Part shown: piece by piece, positions 8,308 to 17,990 of the stretch
Numbering within the stretch: the stretch's first letter is position 1
How the letters are laid out: each line of letters starts with the position of its first letter
Assembly: GCA_964426735.1 (NCBI GenBank)
Contig: CAYRRP010000003.1
Span: 77,378-141,377, forward strand
Length of the DNA stretch: 64,000 bases
Source of the DNA: an uncultured Candidatus Saccharibacteria bacterium
GTDB lineage: Bacteria; Patescibacteriota; Minisyncoccia; Phycocordibacterales; DATDWN01
Direction: 5' to 3'
Position numbers and translations under genes: made by a program
The notes under the pieces: model-generated
Told to the model about the DNA's origin: nothing
The model's database searches: none
Seen by the model: the letters and a program-made list of their open reading frames with translations, nothing else

Positions 8308-8962
8308 CCTCTGTGCTCACTGATTTTTTGAATAACGCACCTGACACACCGTTTACACGCGCTTTACACTCGTCCCAAGTTCTGTGTACCTCAACTACTC
8401 CTTTGACACAACTGACATATGAATATGCGGGGTGTGATTTTTTTGACGCACTCTTTTTTTCTTTAGACTCGATTGAACTTTCAACCTGCTCCACATCGAC
8501 ATCATACTGGTCGAGACTTCCTTCATATAGTTCCACAGGATTGTTATCTGCATATGAGGTAGCGATCACATCACATCGTTCATTTGCAGGCACACCAGCA
8601 TGCCCAGAAACTTTTCGAAACAACACTTCACGAGACGTGATTACCTGATCAAGTGCTTCCCACAAATCTCTGTTTAATACATCATCTTTAGTTTTTGTTT
8701 TCCAATTATTTTTTTTCCATCCTTCAATCCAAGAAGTGATACCTGAAATAAGGTAACTTGAATCGGTGTGCACAATCACCTCATCTGCTTTTGTGTATGT
8801 GAGTGCTTCGAGTACCGCAGTGAGTTCCATTCTGTTGTTGGTCGTATTTCCTTCACGACCACCGAGTTCGGTTACACGCTCACCTTCTACAATAACCGCA
8901 CCCCATCCCCCAAGTCCCGGATTTCCTCGTGACGAACCGTCTGTAAAAATAATTGCTTTCAT
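8270..8962 (-). CDS. rnhA: Ribonuclease HI with a C-terminal Cauli_VI-like hybrid-binding domain
   Basis: MKAIIFTDGSSRGNPGLGGWGAVI...NNRMEL...HTDSSY...GWKKNNWKT...GHAGVPANERCD is RNase H. The C-terminal ...YSYVSCVKGVVEVHRTWDECKARVNGVSGALFKKS resembles the RNase H1/viroplasmin hybrid-binding domain. Start placed at the internal ATG at 8962; the ORF-track start at 9136 lies upstream. Confidence 0.85.
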   Translation of the reverse strand: MKAIIFTDGSSRGNPGLGGWGAVIVEGERVTELGGREGNTTNNRMELTAVLEALTYTKADEVIVHTDSSYLISGITSWIEGWKKNNWKTKTKDDVLNRDLWEALDQVITSREVLFRKVSGHAGVPANERCDVIATSYADNNPVELYEGSLDQYDVDVEQVESSIESKEKKSASKKSHPAYSYVSCVKGVVEVHRTWDECKARVNGVSGALFKKSVSTEDEQNIISEFKKR

Positions 8963-9001
8963 AAAGTGTATTATAGCAGAGTTTAGATATGAAACAGCAT
9001 T

Positions 9002-9118
9002 CAGAAGTTGGTGAATATTATATTTAAGCCGTGTCTCGCAGGCTGACGAGCCGAGAGTCAGCGCTGGGCGAGCACGCACAGACAGCGACGGCGAAAAGAT
9101 AATATTCACCAACTTCTG
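9002..9118. repeat. Perfect 20-bp inverted repeats (CAGAAGTTGGTGAATATTAT) flanking a 77-bp GC-rich core
   Basis: Arms at 9002-9021 and 9099-9118 are exact reverse complements. The core is ~62% GC in a ~38% GC genome and contains the hairpin GCTGAC...GTCAGC and the motifs CUGACGA and GAAA. Confidence 0.6.
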
Positions 9119-9128
9119 TTTATATGCC

Positions 9129-10874
9129 CTACTCAATCACATCCACTATTCTCAACCGCAATTCAGGGAAGTTGCGAAACATCGACTTTTCTATGTGCGC
9201 AACCAGATTGATTTTCTGTCCCGCTTCCAGTGCAACACTGTATTTACTTGGGTCAGAAAAGAATCCAATTGCTTGGATAGTTTTACCATTCTTCTTGTGA
9301 AACGTAAGTTCAAGATGATTTTTTTCTTTTCCAAATTGTTTCAAACTGCTGATTACCACATCAGAAATCAGAAAAAGAGGCTTTGGATTGTCGATACCAT
9401 ATGGTGCAAGCTTCTCGACATGAGAATAGACATTCCAATCCACATCATCGATTGATATTTCTTTATCCACCACAACAGGTACTGGTTCACTTAGTTCATT
9501 ACGAAGCGCTTTAAATGAATCATTCAATTTTTTCTCAAGCTCATGAACTGTAGCAAGTGATACCGAAAATCCACCCGCACCCGCGTGTCCACCAAAATCA
9601 AGAAATGCATCTTTTGCATGTCCCATCAACTTCATAATATTTGTATCTCCACCTGCTCGACATGAACCTTTCAAAATCACATGTCCGTCTTCATCTTTCA
9701 TTTCTTCACCTGATCGTCCCCAGAGAAATACCGGGCGATTATGTTCATCACCAAATGAATTTGCAACCAGTCCAAGAAGTGATGGTTTCCATTTTGGATT
9801 ACCGAGCACTATCACATCACCGAGCACATCTTCTCGTTCAGAAATTATTTTTTTAATTTCTTTTACCATACTTGCCACCACTCCTTTGCGTTCATTATTG
9901 ATTGTATCTAAATGTTCTGCCATGATTCCTGCTTGTACCGGATCAGTTTCTCCAAGCATCAAAAATGCATCACGAGGGACACCCATGCGAGATGCGGCAT
10001 TGATACGCGGAGTGATCATAAAACCAATATCTTCTTCAGTGAGATGTGCTTGATTCATTTTTAAAATCTGACAGAGTTTTTGAAGACCTGGTCGTGGAGA
10101 CTTTCGCATCACATACAAACCATATGATGCGAGCACGCGGTTTTCTCCACGAAGTGGCACCATGTCAGATAATGTCGCGAGACCAACCATATCAAGAAGC
10201 CACTTCTCCCACCCTTCCACCACAGAATATCTTTTTTTAAATTCTTCATGTTGCAACAGTGCACACACAACTTTCCAAATCACTCCAGACCCACATAACA
10301 TTTTTTCTGGATACTGACATCCTGGTTGTTTTGGATTTATAATTGCATATGCACTTGGAAGTACTTCGTGTGGCAAGTGGTGGTCAGTAACAATCACATT
10401 CAGACCCTCTGAGTTTGCATACTCCACTTCACTTACATCTGCAATCCCACAATCAATAGTGATCACAAGCGTCACTCCATTTTTCTTAAAGAGATCAGTT
10501 GCATCATGACTCATACCGTACCCTTCATCATTTCGATGTGGAATATAAACCTCAAAATTTTCATAACCAATTTTTTTAAAAAAATCATTCATCACCACTG
10601 CACCAGGGATACCGTCTGCATCATAATCAGAAAAGATTCCAATCCGCTCCCCTGCTTCTAGCGCCCGAAGAATTCTCTCCACCGCTTTTCCCATATCTTT
10701 CAGCAGGTAGGGATCGTGAATGTCCCGATTGAAATCAGGAGCGATAAAAAGCTCTGCATCAGCATGTTCGGTAATTCCGCGAGCATGAAGAAGTTCTTGT
10801 AATATCGGATGATACGCTTTGAGATTTTCTCTGACTGCATCCACCAGCTTCTCCCGGACAACATAGTTTTTCAT
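9129..10874 (-). CDS. recJ: Single-stranded-DNA-specific exonuclease RecJ
   Basis: 581 aa; DHH-family motifs (GIFSDYDADGI, IVTDHHLP) plus a DHHA1 region. Confidence 0.9.
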   Translation of the reverse strand: MKNYVVREKLVDAVRENLKAYHPILQELLHARGITEHADAELFIAPDFNRDIHDPYLLKDMGKAVERILRALEAGERIGIFSDYDADGIPGAVVMNDFFKKIGYENFEVYIPHRNDEGYGMSHDATDLFKKNGVTLVITIDCGIADVSEVEYANSEGLNVIVTDHHLPHEVLPSAYAIINPKQPGCQYPEKMLCGSGVIWKVVCALLQHEEFKKRYSVVEGWEKWLLDMVGLATLSDMVPLRGENRVLASYGLYVMRKSPRPGLQKLCQILKMNQAHLTEEDIGFMITPRINAASRMGVPRDAFLMLGETDPVQAGIMAEHLDTINNERKGVVASMVKEIKKIISEREDVLGDVIVLGNPKWKPSLLGLVANSFGDEHNRPVFLWGRSGEEMKDEDGHVILKGSCRAGGDTNIMKLMGHAKDAFLDFGGHAGAGGFSVSLATVHELEKKLNDSFKALRNELSEPVPVVVDKEISIDDVDWNVYSHVEKLAPYGIDNPKPLFLISDVVISSLKQFGKEKNHLELTFHKKNGKTIQAIGFFSDPSKYSVALEAGQKINLVAHIEKSMFRNFPELRLRIVDVIE

Positions 10875-10993
10875 TGGTTAATTTTAACACAGCAATACAA
10901 ACAACCTCATTGACACACCTCTTTTAAAAGTAGTATGCATACTTTGACATATAAATATAAATATGGTTAAATTAATTTCGGAGGATCTTTTAC

Positions 10994-11731
10994 ATGCCCA
11001 ACGAACTGGTGGTACGCGAGCAACTTGCACTTACGATTACCAACCCGAGAGTGGTCCATATAGCACACCACCTCAGATGGAAACCTGTCACCACTATTGC
11101 TCGCATCGAACGAGCACTGCCATCAATCCTGGAGCAACAGATTTATCTTGCTATTGCACCAATGGTTGGTGAATCCGGACTCCTTCCGGAATCCCTCGCC
11201 AAACTCCTCAGAATATTTCTAGGGTCAAAGGAGCTTCGACTTGAAGATTTGACACCTGGATACCCAACCCAAAAAAACTTCGATGAATTTATTGAGTTTC
11301 TCGGTGAGTGCATCACCATTCTCAAAGTGATCAAGCACGAATATATAACGCTTGGTTTAAGTATAAATGATGCGGCACTGATTGTGCTTCGTTATGGAAC
11401 AAATGACCCTGAACGTCTTATTGAGATGGTAGACAACAACCTCGAGCAACTATGCGAAGTTCTTGATATCAGCAACAACATTCCGTACGGAACTCGTATG
11501 CGAGTCTGTCTGAATGTTGTCATCACAAAAGTGATACCAGGAAATCAAAAGAGCGGTGCTCCCGATCTACTCGATTTTACTGATTTCATTGAAATGGATT
11601 CCGTCAGGCGTCACCATATTCGCAAATGTGTACACCAAGAAATTGATGACCATCTTGCTTGTGATTTCCAAACTCTGAGAGGATATGATTCTCTCAAAAT
11701 ACTAAAAGAAGAAGGGATTGGTATTCTATGA
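10994..11731 (+). CDS. Hypothetical protein; first gene of a higher-GC two-gene cassette
   Basis: 245 aa with no recognisable motif. Local GC is ~50% versus ~38% in the flanks. Its stop overlaps the next start (ATGA). Confidence 0.55.
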   Translation: MPNELVVREQLALTITNPRVVHIAHHLRWKPVTTIARIERALPSILEQQIYLAIAPMVGESGLLPESLAKLLRIFLGSKELRLEDLTPGYPTQKNFDEFIEFLGECITILKVIKHEYITLGLSINDAALIVLRYGTNDPERLIEMVDNNLEQLCEVLDISNNIPYGTRMRVCLNVVITKVIPGNQKSGAPDLLDFTDFIEMDSVRRHHIRKCVHQEIDDHLACDFQTLRGYDSLKILKEEGIGIL

Positions 11732-12876
11732 GTGGTTTTCTCTCTGATTTAAAGATGTCTATTGCTAAGTCGCGAGAAGGTCCAAAACCATGGGGGGATG
11801 TTAATCCCCTCCTGCTTATAGGACTTTCCGACACCATTCTTAACCTTGGCCTTGATGAACAACAGCTACACGCCGTTGTGAAAAGCTATGGTAGGCAACT
11901 AACTGCTCAGGTACACCCTGATCGTCAGACGGTCAATATCTCTGACGAAATTCGAAAGCGAATCTTTGAAGGGTTTAATGCTATTGATGACTTTGGTCAC
12001 TTTCAGCTTGCCTTGAAAGAATTCCGATCCCTTCGTGCAGAAGATCGGCGGGAAAACAGAATACTTCACGAGGCGATATCTGCATTACAGCATCGTATTT
12101 CTTCCATAGAAGGCGATGCTTCAAAAATCAAGGAGGCAGCTCTCAAGCTCGAATCTGAAAAACAAGAGTTCTTACGCCTTAAGCGAGAGGAAAGCTTGAA
12201 ATTACCTGACCTTCAGAGATACTGCGAAGTTGCTAACAAAAGAATCGACGAACTAATCAAGCAAACCGAATCAACCCGAAAAACAGGTAATGCATGGAAG
12301 AGTCGTTTTTCAACAGCAATGAAATATATGCTGAATTTAGGCAACTTAAATCAACCTCATAAACTCTTTTTTGATGCACAATGGGTTGCAGTAGTCTCTT
12401 TGTGGCACCACGAAGGAAAACCTCTTACACCAGACGACATGATGTGGCGTCTCTTACTTGCACAAGACAAGGAGGTCTGTTCATTAGGTATCCCTTTAGA
12501 GACAATCATTGATCAGTGGCGGATAGCCAAAAGTCATTTTGGCAAACCAGAATTAACAGAATCAAAAAAGCTTCCGCTTTCACTGAGTATACTTAAACTA
12601 GACAAAGGGGTTCCGAGTCTGATATCTGGCGACAGCTTGACGGTGCATGGCGGTAAAGTTATAGGTTCGATTGATGGAAACAGCCACAAAATCACACGAG
12701 AGAACCTGTTTCAAAAGATGGATATTCTAGATATTCCTCGTCTGCTTACACCAACTATCGTACCGAACGGATTACTGGTATCTGTATCGGAACTTAAGGG
12801 AGTTAAAGCTTCTTGGAGTACCACTTGCCCTGGCTACAGGTTCCATACAAAGCGAATCATTGTGGCGGCGGGATAA
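11728..12876 (+). CDS. J-domain (DnaJ-like HPD motif) protein with a coiled-coil and an uncharacterised C-terminal domain
   Basis: 382 aa; LGLDEQQLHAVVKSYGRQLTAQVHPDRQ carries the HPD signature of J domains, followed by a charged coiled-coil region. Elevated GC. Confidence 0.6.
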   Translation: MSGFLSDLKMSIAKSREGPKPWGDVNPLLLIGLSDTILNLGLDEQQLHAVVKSYGRQLTAQVHPDRQTVNISDEIRKRIFEGFNAIDDFGHFQLALKEFRSLRAEDRRENRILHEAISALQHRISSIEGDASKIKEAALKLESEKQEFLRLKREESLKLPDLQRYCEVANKRIDELIKQTESTRKTGNAWKSRFSTAMKYMLNLGNLNQPHKLFFDAQWVAVVSLWHHEGKPLTPDDMMWRLLLAQDKEVCSLGIPLETIIDQWRIAKSHFGKPELTESKKLPLSLSILKLDKGVPSLISGDSLTVHGGKVIGSIDGNSHKITRENLFQKMDILDIPRLLTPTIVPNGLLVSVSELKGVKASWSTTCPGYRFHTKRIIVAAG

Positions 12877-12948
12877 AATTCACACACGTGAAGGATGTAA
12901 ATCCTCCACGTGTGTTTTGTTTTTTACAAGTGATATACTTTTACTATT

Positions 12949-13314
12949 ATGAATATGAATGATTGTATATTTTGCAAAATAGTTCGTGGAGAAATTCCTT
13001 CATACAAGGTGTATGAGGATGAACATTTTTTCGCCTTTTTGGATATTCACCCACAGTCCCCAGGACATGTACAAGTGATTCCCAAAAAGCACCACAGGTG
13101 GGTGTGGCAAGTTCCTAATGCTGGCGAGTACTTTGAGGTGGTACGGAAAATAGCTCTCGCCCAACAAAAAGCATTTAATACAGACTGGATACTTTCAAAA
13201 ATTGTCGGTGATGAAGTAGAGCATGCTCACATCTGGGTGTTTCCAAATAATGAAGTCTCTGGCGACCCGAAAGATTTTGAAGGAAACGTAAAGAAATTAA
13301 AAGATTATATATAA
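12949..13314 (+). CDS. HIT-family (histidine triad) hydrolase
   Basis: 121 aa; CIFCKI... and HAHIWVFP (HxHxHxx motif). Confidence 0.85.
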   Translation: MNMNDCIFCKIVRGEIPSYKVYEDEHFFAFLDIHPQSPGHVQVIPKKHHRWVWQVPNAGEYFEVVRKIALAQQKAFNTDWILSKIVGDEVEHAHIWVFPNNEVSGDPKDFEGNVKKLKDYI

Positions 13315-13489
13315 AATGCTACCCTTTTGGGGTAGCATTGCTGGTGGAATGGTGGAGAAAGTTGAGAAGTAACAAAAGAAGAAAGAAAAGGTACACACCC
13401 CAAACTATCCTTTTAGTGCTCTTGAAAGACCTTTCCTCTTGAGGAGTCATCTTATAGACTCTTTTTTGCCACTGTAAATCGTACATATT

Positions 13490-13807
13490 CTAGTCCTTAA
13501 TACCTTTTTCCATCTTCCAGATGGCACAGTTTTCTGGGGATCGTTCAAACTCAACCACCATCTCGACAACAGGTTGAGTCCCATCAGATGCCGGTGACTT
13601 AATACCTGTAATCCGCCAGAGTCGCTTTCCATCATCGAAAAAAAGAAAAACTAGGTTACGACCGACATTATGTTTCGTGGTGAGATTGGTATTTCCACAT
13701 GGTGACCAATCCATTTTTTCTCGTTTTTTTAGCTGGGCCGAATACCATACAGATTGAGCCAAAAATAATACAGCAGCAATAACAGCGAGCGGGCCAAAAG
13801 TTTTCAC
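13490..13807 (-). CDS. Hypothetical small secreted/membrane protein
   Basis: 105 aa; the N-terminal hydrophobic segment MKTFGPLAVIAAVLFLAQS. Confidence 0.45.
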   Translation of the reverse strand: MKTFGPLAVIAAVLFLAQSVWYSAQLKKREKMDWSPCGNTNLTTKHNVGRNLVFLFFDDGKRLWRITGIKSPASDGTQPVVEMVVEFERSPENCAIWKMEKGIKD

Positions 13808-13842
13808 AAGGTGCCTCCACAGCTAATATAATCACCCAGGAC

Positions 13843-14973
13843 TTACTTTGTCAAAGCATCAATTCCAGGCAGAGTTTCGTTGACCAAAAAGTCGAGCATT
13901 GCTCCACCTGCAGTAGATACAAACGAAAACTTATCCATCAATCCGAGCTTTTCGATGGATGCGAGTGTGTCCCCTCCTCCGACAATACTGGTCGCCTTAC
14001 TATCTGCAATAATCTGAGCAAGCTGTTCTGTCTTATCAAAAAATCCTGCTTCATAGTTCCCAAGTGGACCATTCCAAACGATCAGTGATGCTTTTTTTAC
14101 CAACTCTTCAAGATGCGCAATGGTCTTCGGCCCCACATCGCCAATATATTCATCAGCTTCTACCTGATGTGCATCCTTTAATGAAAGTGCTCCATTTTCT
14201 TTTTTAACCGTCACATCTACTGGTGCGACAAATTTTGGATTTAGCAACATATCACCGATACCAAAATCTCCCTCTGAAACAAGTGAAGTTCCCACCTCAA
14301 ACCCTTGTGTTTTATACACATTGTTTGCAAGTGCTCCCACTACTACCACATGATCTGCTTTATCCAAATATTTTTGTATCAATGGAAGTTTTGTATCAAA
14401 CTTCGCACCACCTAAGATAAAAAGAAATGGATGTGTCGGAGTAAATGCTTTCGAGAGATTTTCTACTTCATTTAAAAAGAGTGGTCCTACATATGAAGGC
14501 AAAAGCGATGGTATACCTACCACTGATGCGTGTTTTCGATGAGATACTGAAAAAGCATCGTTCACATACACATCACCATACTGAGCAAGTTTTTTTGCAA
14601 AAGATTCGTCATTTGCCTTTTCTCCTTCATCAGAACGAAGATTTTCAAGCATCACCACATCAGCGTCTTCCATATCAGCAATCATTTTAATCGTTTCAGC
14701 AGAAAAAAGATCTTTTGCAAATTGCACTTTCACAAAACCATTTAGATAATCAAACATTGGATACAAGCTCGTATTGCCTTTTGCCTCGGTATGAGCAAGA
14801 ATAATAATCTTTGCTTTCTTAAGACGAAGCATGTCGATAGTTGGAATCGCCTGATCAATACGATACGGATCAGCAACTTTCCCATCAACGATAGGTGTAT
14901 TTAAATCCAAACGAAGGAGTACGTGTTTTCCTGAAATATCTCCTGCATCTTCTATTGTCTGTAATGTTTTCAT
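13843..14973 (-). CDS. pgk: Phosphoglycerate kinase
   Basis: 376 aa; ...VLLRLDLNTPI...LAHTEAKG...STAGGAMLDFL match PGK motifs. Confidence 0.9.
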   Translation of the reverse strand: MKTLQTIEDAGDISGKHVLLRLDLNTPIVDGKVADPYRIDQAIPTIDMLRLKKAKIIILAHTEAKGNTSLYPMFDYLNGFVKVQFAKDLFSAETIKMIADMEDADVVMLENLRSDEGEKANDESFAKKLAQYGDVYVNDAFSVSHRKHASVVGIPSLLPSYVGPLFLNEVENLSKAFTPTHPFLFILGGAKFDTKLPLIQKYLDKADHVVVVGALANNVYKTQGFEVGTSLVSEGDFGIGDMLLNPKFVAPVDVTVKKENGALSLKDAHQVEADEYIGDVGPKTIAHLEELVKKASLIVWNGPLGNYEAGFFDKTEQLAQIIADSKATSIVGGGDTLASIEKLGLMDKFSFVSTAGGAMLDFLVNETLPGIDALTK

Positions 14974-14996
14974 GGTAAATCAATTTTTGAGTAAAG

Positions 14997-15056
14997 ATAC
15001 GAATTAAATACTTTTAACTTTCTTATTCGTAACTATGTGTATTATTCGTATATTTA
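14997..15056. promoter_or_regulatory. TACGAAT / ATTCGTA inverted heptamer array between tpiA and pgk
   Basis: tacgaatt...cttattcgtaactatgtgtattattcgtatatttat. The same motif class recurs upstream of tig and the virB4-like gene. Confidence 0.35.
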
Positions 15057-15824
15057 TTTTATAAGGTCAACGTTATTGATAATGCCTACAAAATTTTCCA
15101 CTTTAAGAGACTCTCGACCAACCAAAAGTCCGTCAACATAACCTCTTTCGACAATTTCTCGTGCATTATCTGCTGTCACTGCGCCACCGTAGAGTACTTT
15201 TGGCAATGGAGCCATTGTGCCATACATTTCCTTAATACATTTCTGAATATATAACGACATTTCATGTACCTGGTGTGAATTCATCGCTTCTTTAGCGCCG
15301 ATAGCCCACACAGGCTCATATGCAATAACTACATCGGAAATAACACTCTTTGACACTCCCGCAAGACCTGATGCAAGCTGACTTTTAATTAACCCGAGGT
15401 ATTCTCCGTGTTCATCTCGAACTGACTCACCGATACATAATACAGGAATAAGCTTATTCTCAAGTGCTCGACTCACCTTTTTAGATACAGACGTGTCGCT
15501 TTCCCCACGAACTCGTCTTTCAGAATGCCCGATAATAACGTATGCAACTTTAAACTGAGAAAGATGTTGCGCTGAAACCTCACCTGTATATGACCCGGAT
15601 GTTTCTTCATGTATATTTTGTACACCCAACGCAACTTTTTTAGAGACCAATCCTTTAAGTTCAGAAACATATACAAATGGCGGACATACAACAACATCAG
15701 TATTTTTAGCTTTTACACTACCCTTTTTAATACCCTCAACTAACTTTTTAGCTTCCTTCGTGGTAAAAATATTCATTTTCCAATTACCAATAACAAGTTT
15801 TTTCTTTTTTAGTGCCATACGCAC
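15054..15824 (-). CDS. tpiA: Triosephosphate isomerase
   Basis: 256 aa; IGNWKMN, AYEPVWAIGAKEA, GGAVTADNA. Confidence 0.9.
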   Translation of the reverse strand: MRMALKKKKLVIGNWKMNIFTTKEAKKLVEGIKKGSVKAKNTDVVVCPPFVYVSELKGLVSKKVALGVQNIHEETSGSYTGEVSAQHLSQFKVAYVIIGHSERRVRGESDTSVSKKVSRALENKLIPVLCIGESVRDEHGEYLGLIKSQLASGLAGVSKSVISDVVIAYEPVWAIGAKEAMNSHQVHEMSLYIQKCIKEMYGTMAPLPKVLYGGAVTADNAREIVERGYVDGLLVGRESLKVENFVGIINNVDLIK

Positions 15825-15840
15825 ATAATATCATAAAATA

Positions 15841-15900
15841 CATAAGCATCACGAATGGACGTCCAACAAAAAAGTAGATGAAGTGATTTTACTGATGTTA
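15841..15900 (+). repeat. Degenerate partial copy (D) of the ~110-nt hairpin-repeat family
   Basis: ...CAACAAAAAAGTAGATGAAGTGATTTTACTG resembles the 3' arm of copy A (CAACAAAGCAGATGAAGTGATTTTATTG). Confidence 0.35.
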
Positions 15901-17379
15901 TCTTGTCTCTTCCCAAGAAATGATTTGGTATTGATCTGATGTCAATGGAAAACTCGGAGGCGGCCCGTACAATAAGTTGGCATCATAAATAATATCTCGA
16001 CTGTCGTATCCTGTACCGTCTGTGTATGCAAAACCGTATCGTAAACTACTTGCAATCATTCCGTACAGTGTCAATGAAGCTTTACTGTCATCCGAACATG
16101 ATGTTTCGTAATAATACCTTCCTGCACGTCCATTTTGTGCAACAAGTGCCGCATCTATACGAAGATTATTTGCTGAATACTGACCAACGTTTACGTTACC
16201 TTGCGATATAAGAGAGATTACATCTCGTCCATCATAATTTGTATATAATAAATTTGCATTGATTGTAATACTTGGTCGTGTTGCAGGGTTATCTGGGAAA
16301 CGTCCTACTGCAAGCGTCACACGAGCAGTATCAATCTGTCCATCTACCCACACATTATCTTCAAGGAAAATCAATCCATTCGAAGGAATCGCATAATTAC
16401 CGAGCAGTGTCTGCCCTCCTCCACCAGATGTTCGTATACTCCATGAACCCCACCCTGTTTGATTTTGCACATTAGAACAATTATTACCCACAGACTGAAG
16501 TGCAGTAACTCGATACAAATCAAACGTATCATTTGTTTTAAATACTACACGATACCCTTGATACCCTGATGCAGCAAAATATCTTCCTCCTGTTTGTGCA
16601 CCTGATTTAATTGACGCGAGATCAGTCGTCAATCCAACAAAATCAACCGCCGGAAGCGGAAATTGTCTACCTGATTCAAATACATCAGGTCGAGCAGGTA
16701 CACTATTTGGTGGTGCTTCGGCAGAACGAAACGTATCATTCACAGTACCACCTGGCAATGTTACGTGAGTATGCACTCCAAACTCATTGTTTCCTGAATG
16801 ATCAGGGTCATCATATACATCTCGCGAAGACGAAATAACGTTGTGAGCAAGTCCGTCAAAACGAATTCCACCGTTTGAGTGAATAGGGCCATAGACTTCA
16901 GTACCCTCTCCAAATCGAAGACTGTCATTGCTTACCACTGCATATTTTGCGAGAGATGGAATTGCAAAACGAGCAGTAATTGACCGCGCAACAGAAGGAT
17001 CATCGGTGATACGTCCAGTTGATTTTACAGTCACAATAGTAAACCCTGGTTGTGGTGGAGTAATCTCAAGAGTAAAGGAGCCAATCTGATTTCCATCTTT
17101 ATCATAAAATGGACGCACAGAAGGTGTGCTTGTACCAGTACCATCCTGATAGTCAGTCGGTGCATGTGCAAGATGCCATCGATAATAATCGACTCCAGAT
17201 TCTGCAATTTGAAGGGCTTGCTCTCTATACAATGCAAGACGTGACGCTTTAATATTTAATCCTGCCCAAGAAACCAGTCCTCCAATAATCACAACTGCAA
17301 TACTTCCAAACACAAGTGCTTGAACAAGAAGAGAACCTTTTTGTAGTTGGTATCCAGTAGTGGTGTGTATCTTTTTCAT
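15898..17379 (-). CDS. Pilus-associated protein (N-terminal TM anchor, PilX/minor-pilin-like), in an operon with pilins
   Basis: 493 aa; N-terminal hydrophobic helix then a Gly/Thr/Asn-rich extracellular region. 4-bp overlap with the downstream pseudopilin gene. Confidence 0.55.
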   Translation of the reverse strand: MKKIHTTTGYQLQKGSLLVQALVFGSIAVVIIGGLVSWAGLNIKASRLALYREQALQIAESGVDYYRWHLAHAPTDYQDGTGTSTPSVRPFYDKDGNQIGSFTLEITPPQPGFTIVTVKSTGRITDDPSVARSITARFAIPSLAKYAVVSNDSLRFGEGTEVYGPIHSNGGIRFDGLAHNVISSSRDVYDDPDHSGNNEFGVHTHVTLPGGTVNDTFRSAEAPPNSVPARPDVFESGRQFPLPAVDFVGLTTDLASIKSGAQTGGRYFAASGYQGYRVVFKTNDTFDLYRVTALQSVGNNCSNVQNQTGWGSWSIRTSGGGGQTLLGNYAIPSNGLIFLEDNVWVDGQIDTARVTLAVGRFPDNPATRPSITINANLLYTNYDGRDVISLISQGNVNVGQYSANNLRIDAALVAQNGRAGRYYYETSCSDDSKASLTLYGMIASSLRYGFAYTDGTGYDSRDIIYDANLLYGPPPSFPLTSDQYQIISWEETR

Positions 17380-17990
17380 AAATTATCTTTAAGATTACGC
17401 AGTGTTGCTGTGGTAGTCACTATAAGTGGTATTGGTGTTTTATTTGGATCTTTCTCAATAACCAACGTGATCTTTACCATGCGAATATTTGAAATCACTA
17501 CAGGTTGAGTAAGTGGTGATGTAGTTCCAGCAAATGTACTTGGATAATACGTAAACAAAGTTGTTGTTGCACTATTTGCAATATGCGAAACAACTGAAGA
17601 AACTTTTTCATTTGCCTCTACATATGCAAGTGGACTACCAGTTGGAGATAACTCTCCACGGCGAAGGGTTGTGCCGGACATAAAATACCGTATTCTTTCT
17701 TTATTCCCATCATTATTAATATCGCTATAAAAAGTTAACGCGGACGAACTTGCAACAGTTATAGGATATCCTCCAAGAGAAGATGGTGATGCTTCTCGCA
17801 ATTCAGCAACCATCTTTTTAATCACATGACGTGCATCAAGTTGTGCAGACAAACTATTTTGAGCAGAGAAATTTAAGGTAAAAATGTCACGCTGAAATGT
17901 TCCGACCGCAAGTGCAAGTAGGCCAATAATCGCAGAACTCACAACTATTTCAACAAGAGTGACACCTTGTGTATATTTCATATTATTCAC
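17376..17990 (-). CDS. Type IV pilin-like / pseudopilin (prepilin N-terminal methylation motif)
   Basis: 204 aa; N-terminus KYTQGVTLVEIVVSSAIIGLLA (GFTLIE-like class III signal). Confidence 0.7.
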   Translation of the reverse strand: MNNMKYTQGVTLVEIVVSSAIIGLLALAVGTFQRDIFTLNFSAQNSLSAQLDARHVIKKMVAELREASPSSLGGYPITVASSSALTFYSDINNDGNKERIRYFMSGTTLRRGELSPTGSPLAYVEANEKVSSVVSHIANSATTTLFTYYPSTFAGTTSPLTQPVVISNIRMVKITLVIEKDPNKTPIPLIVTTTATLRNLKDNL

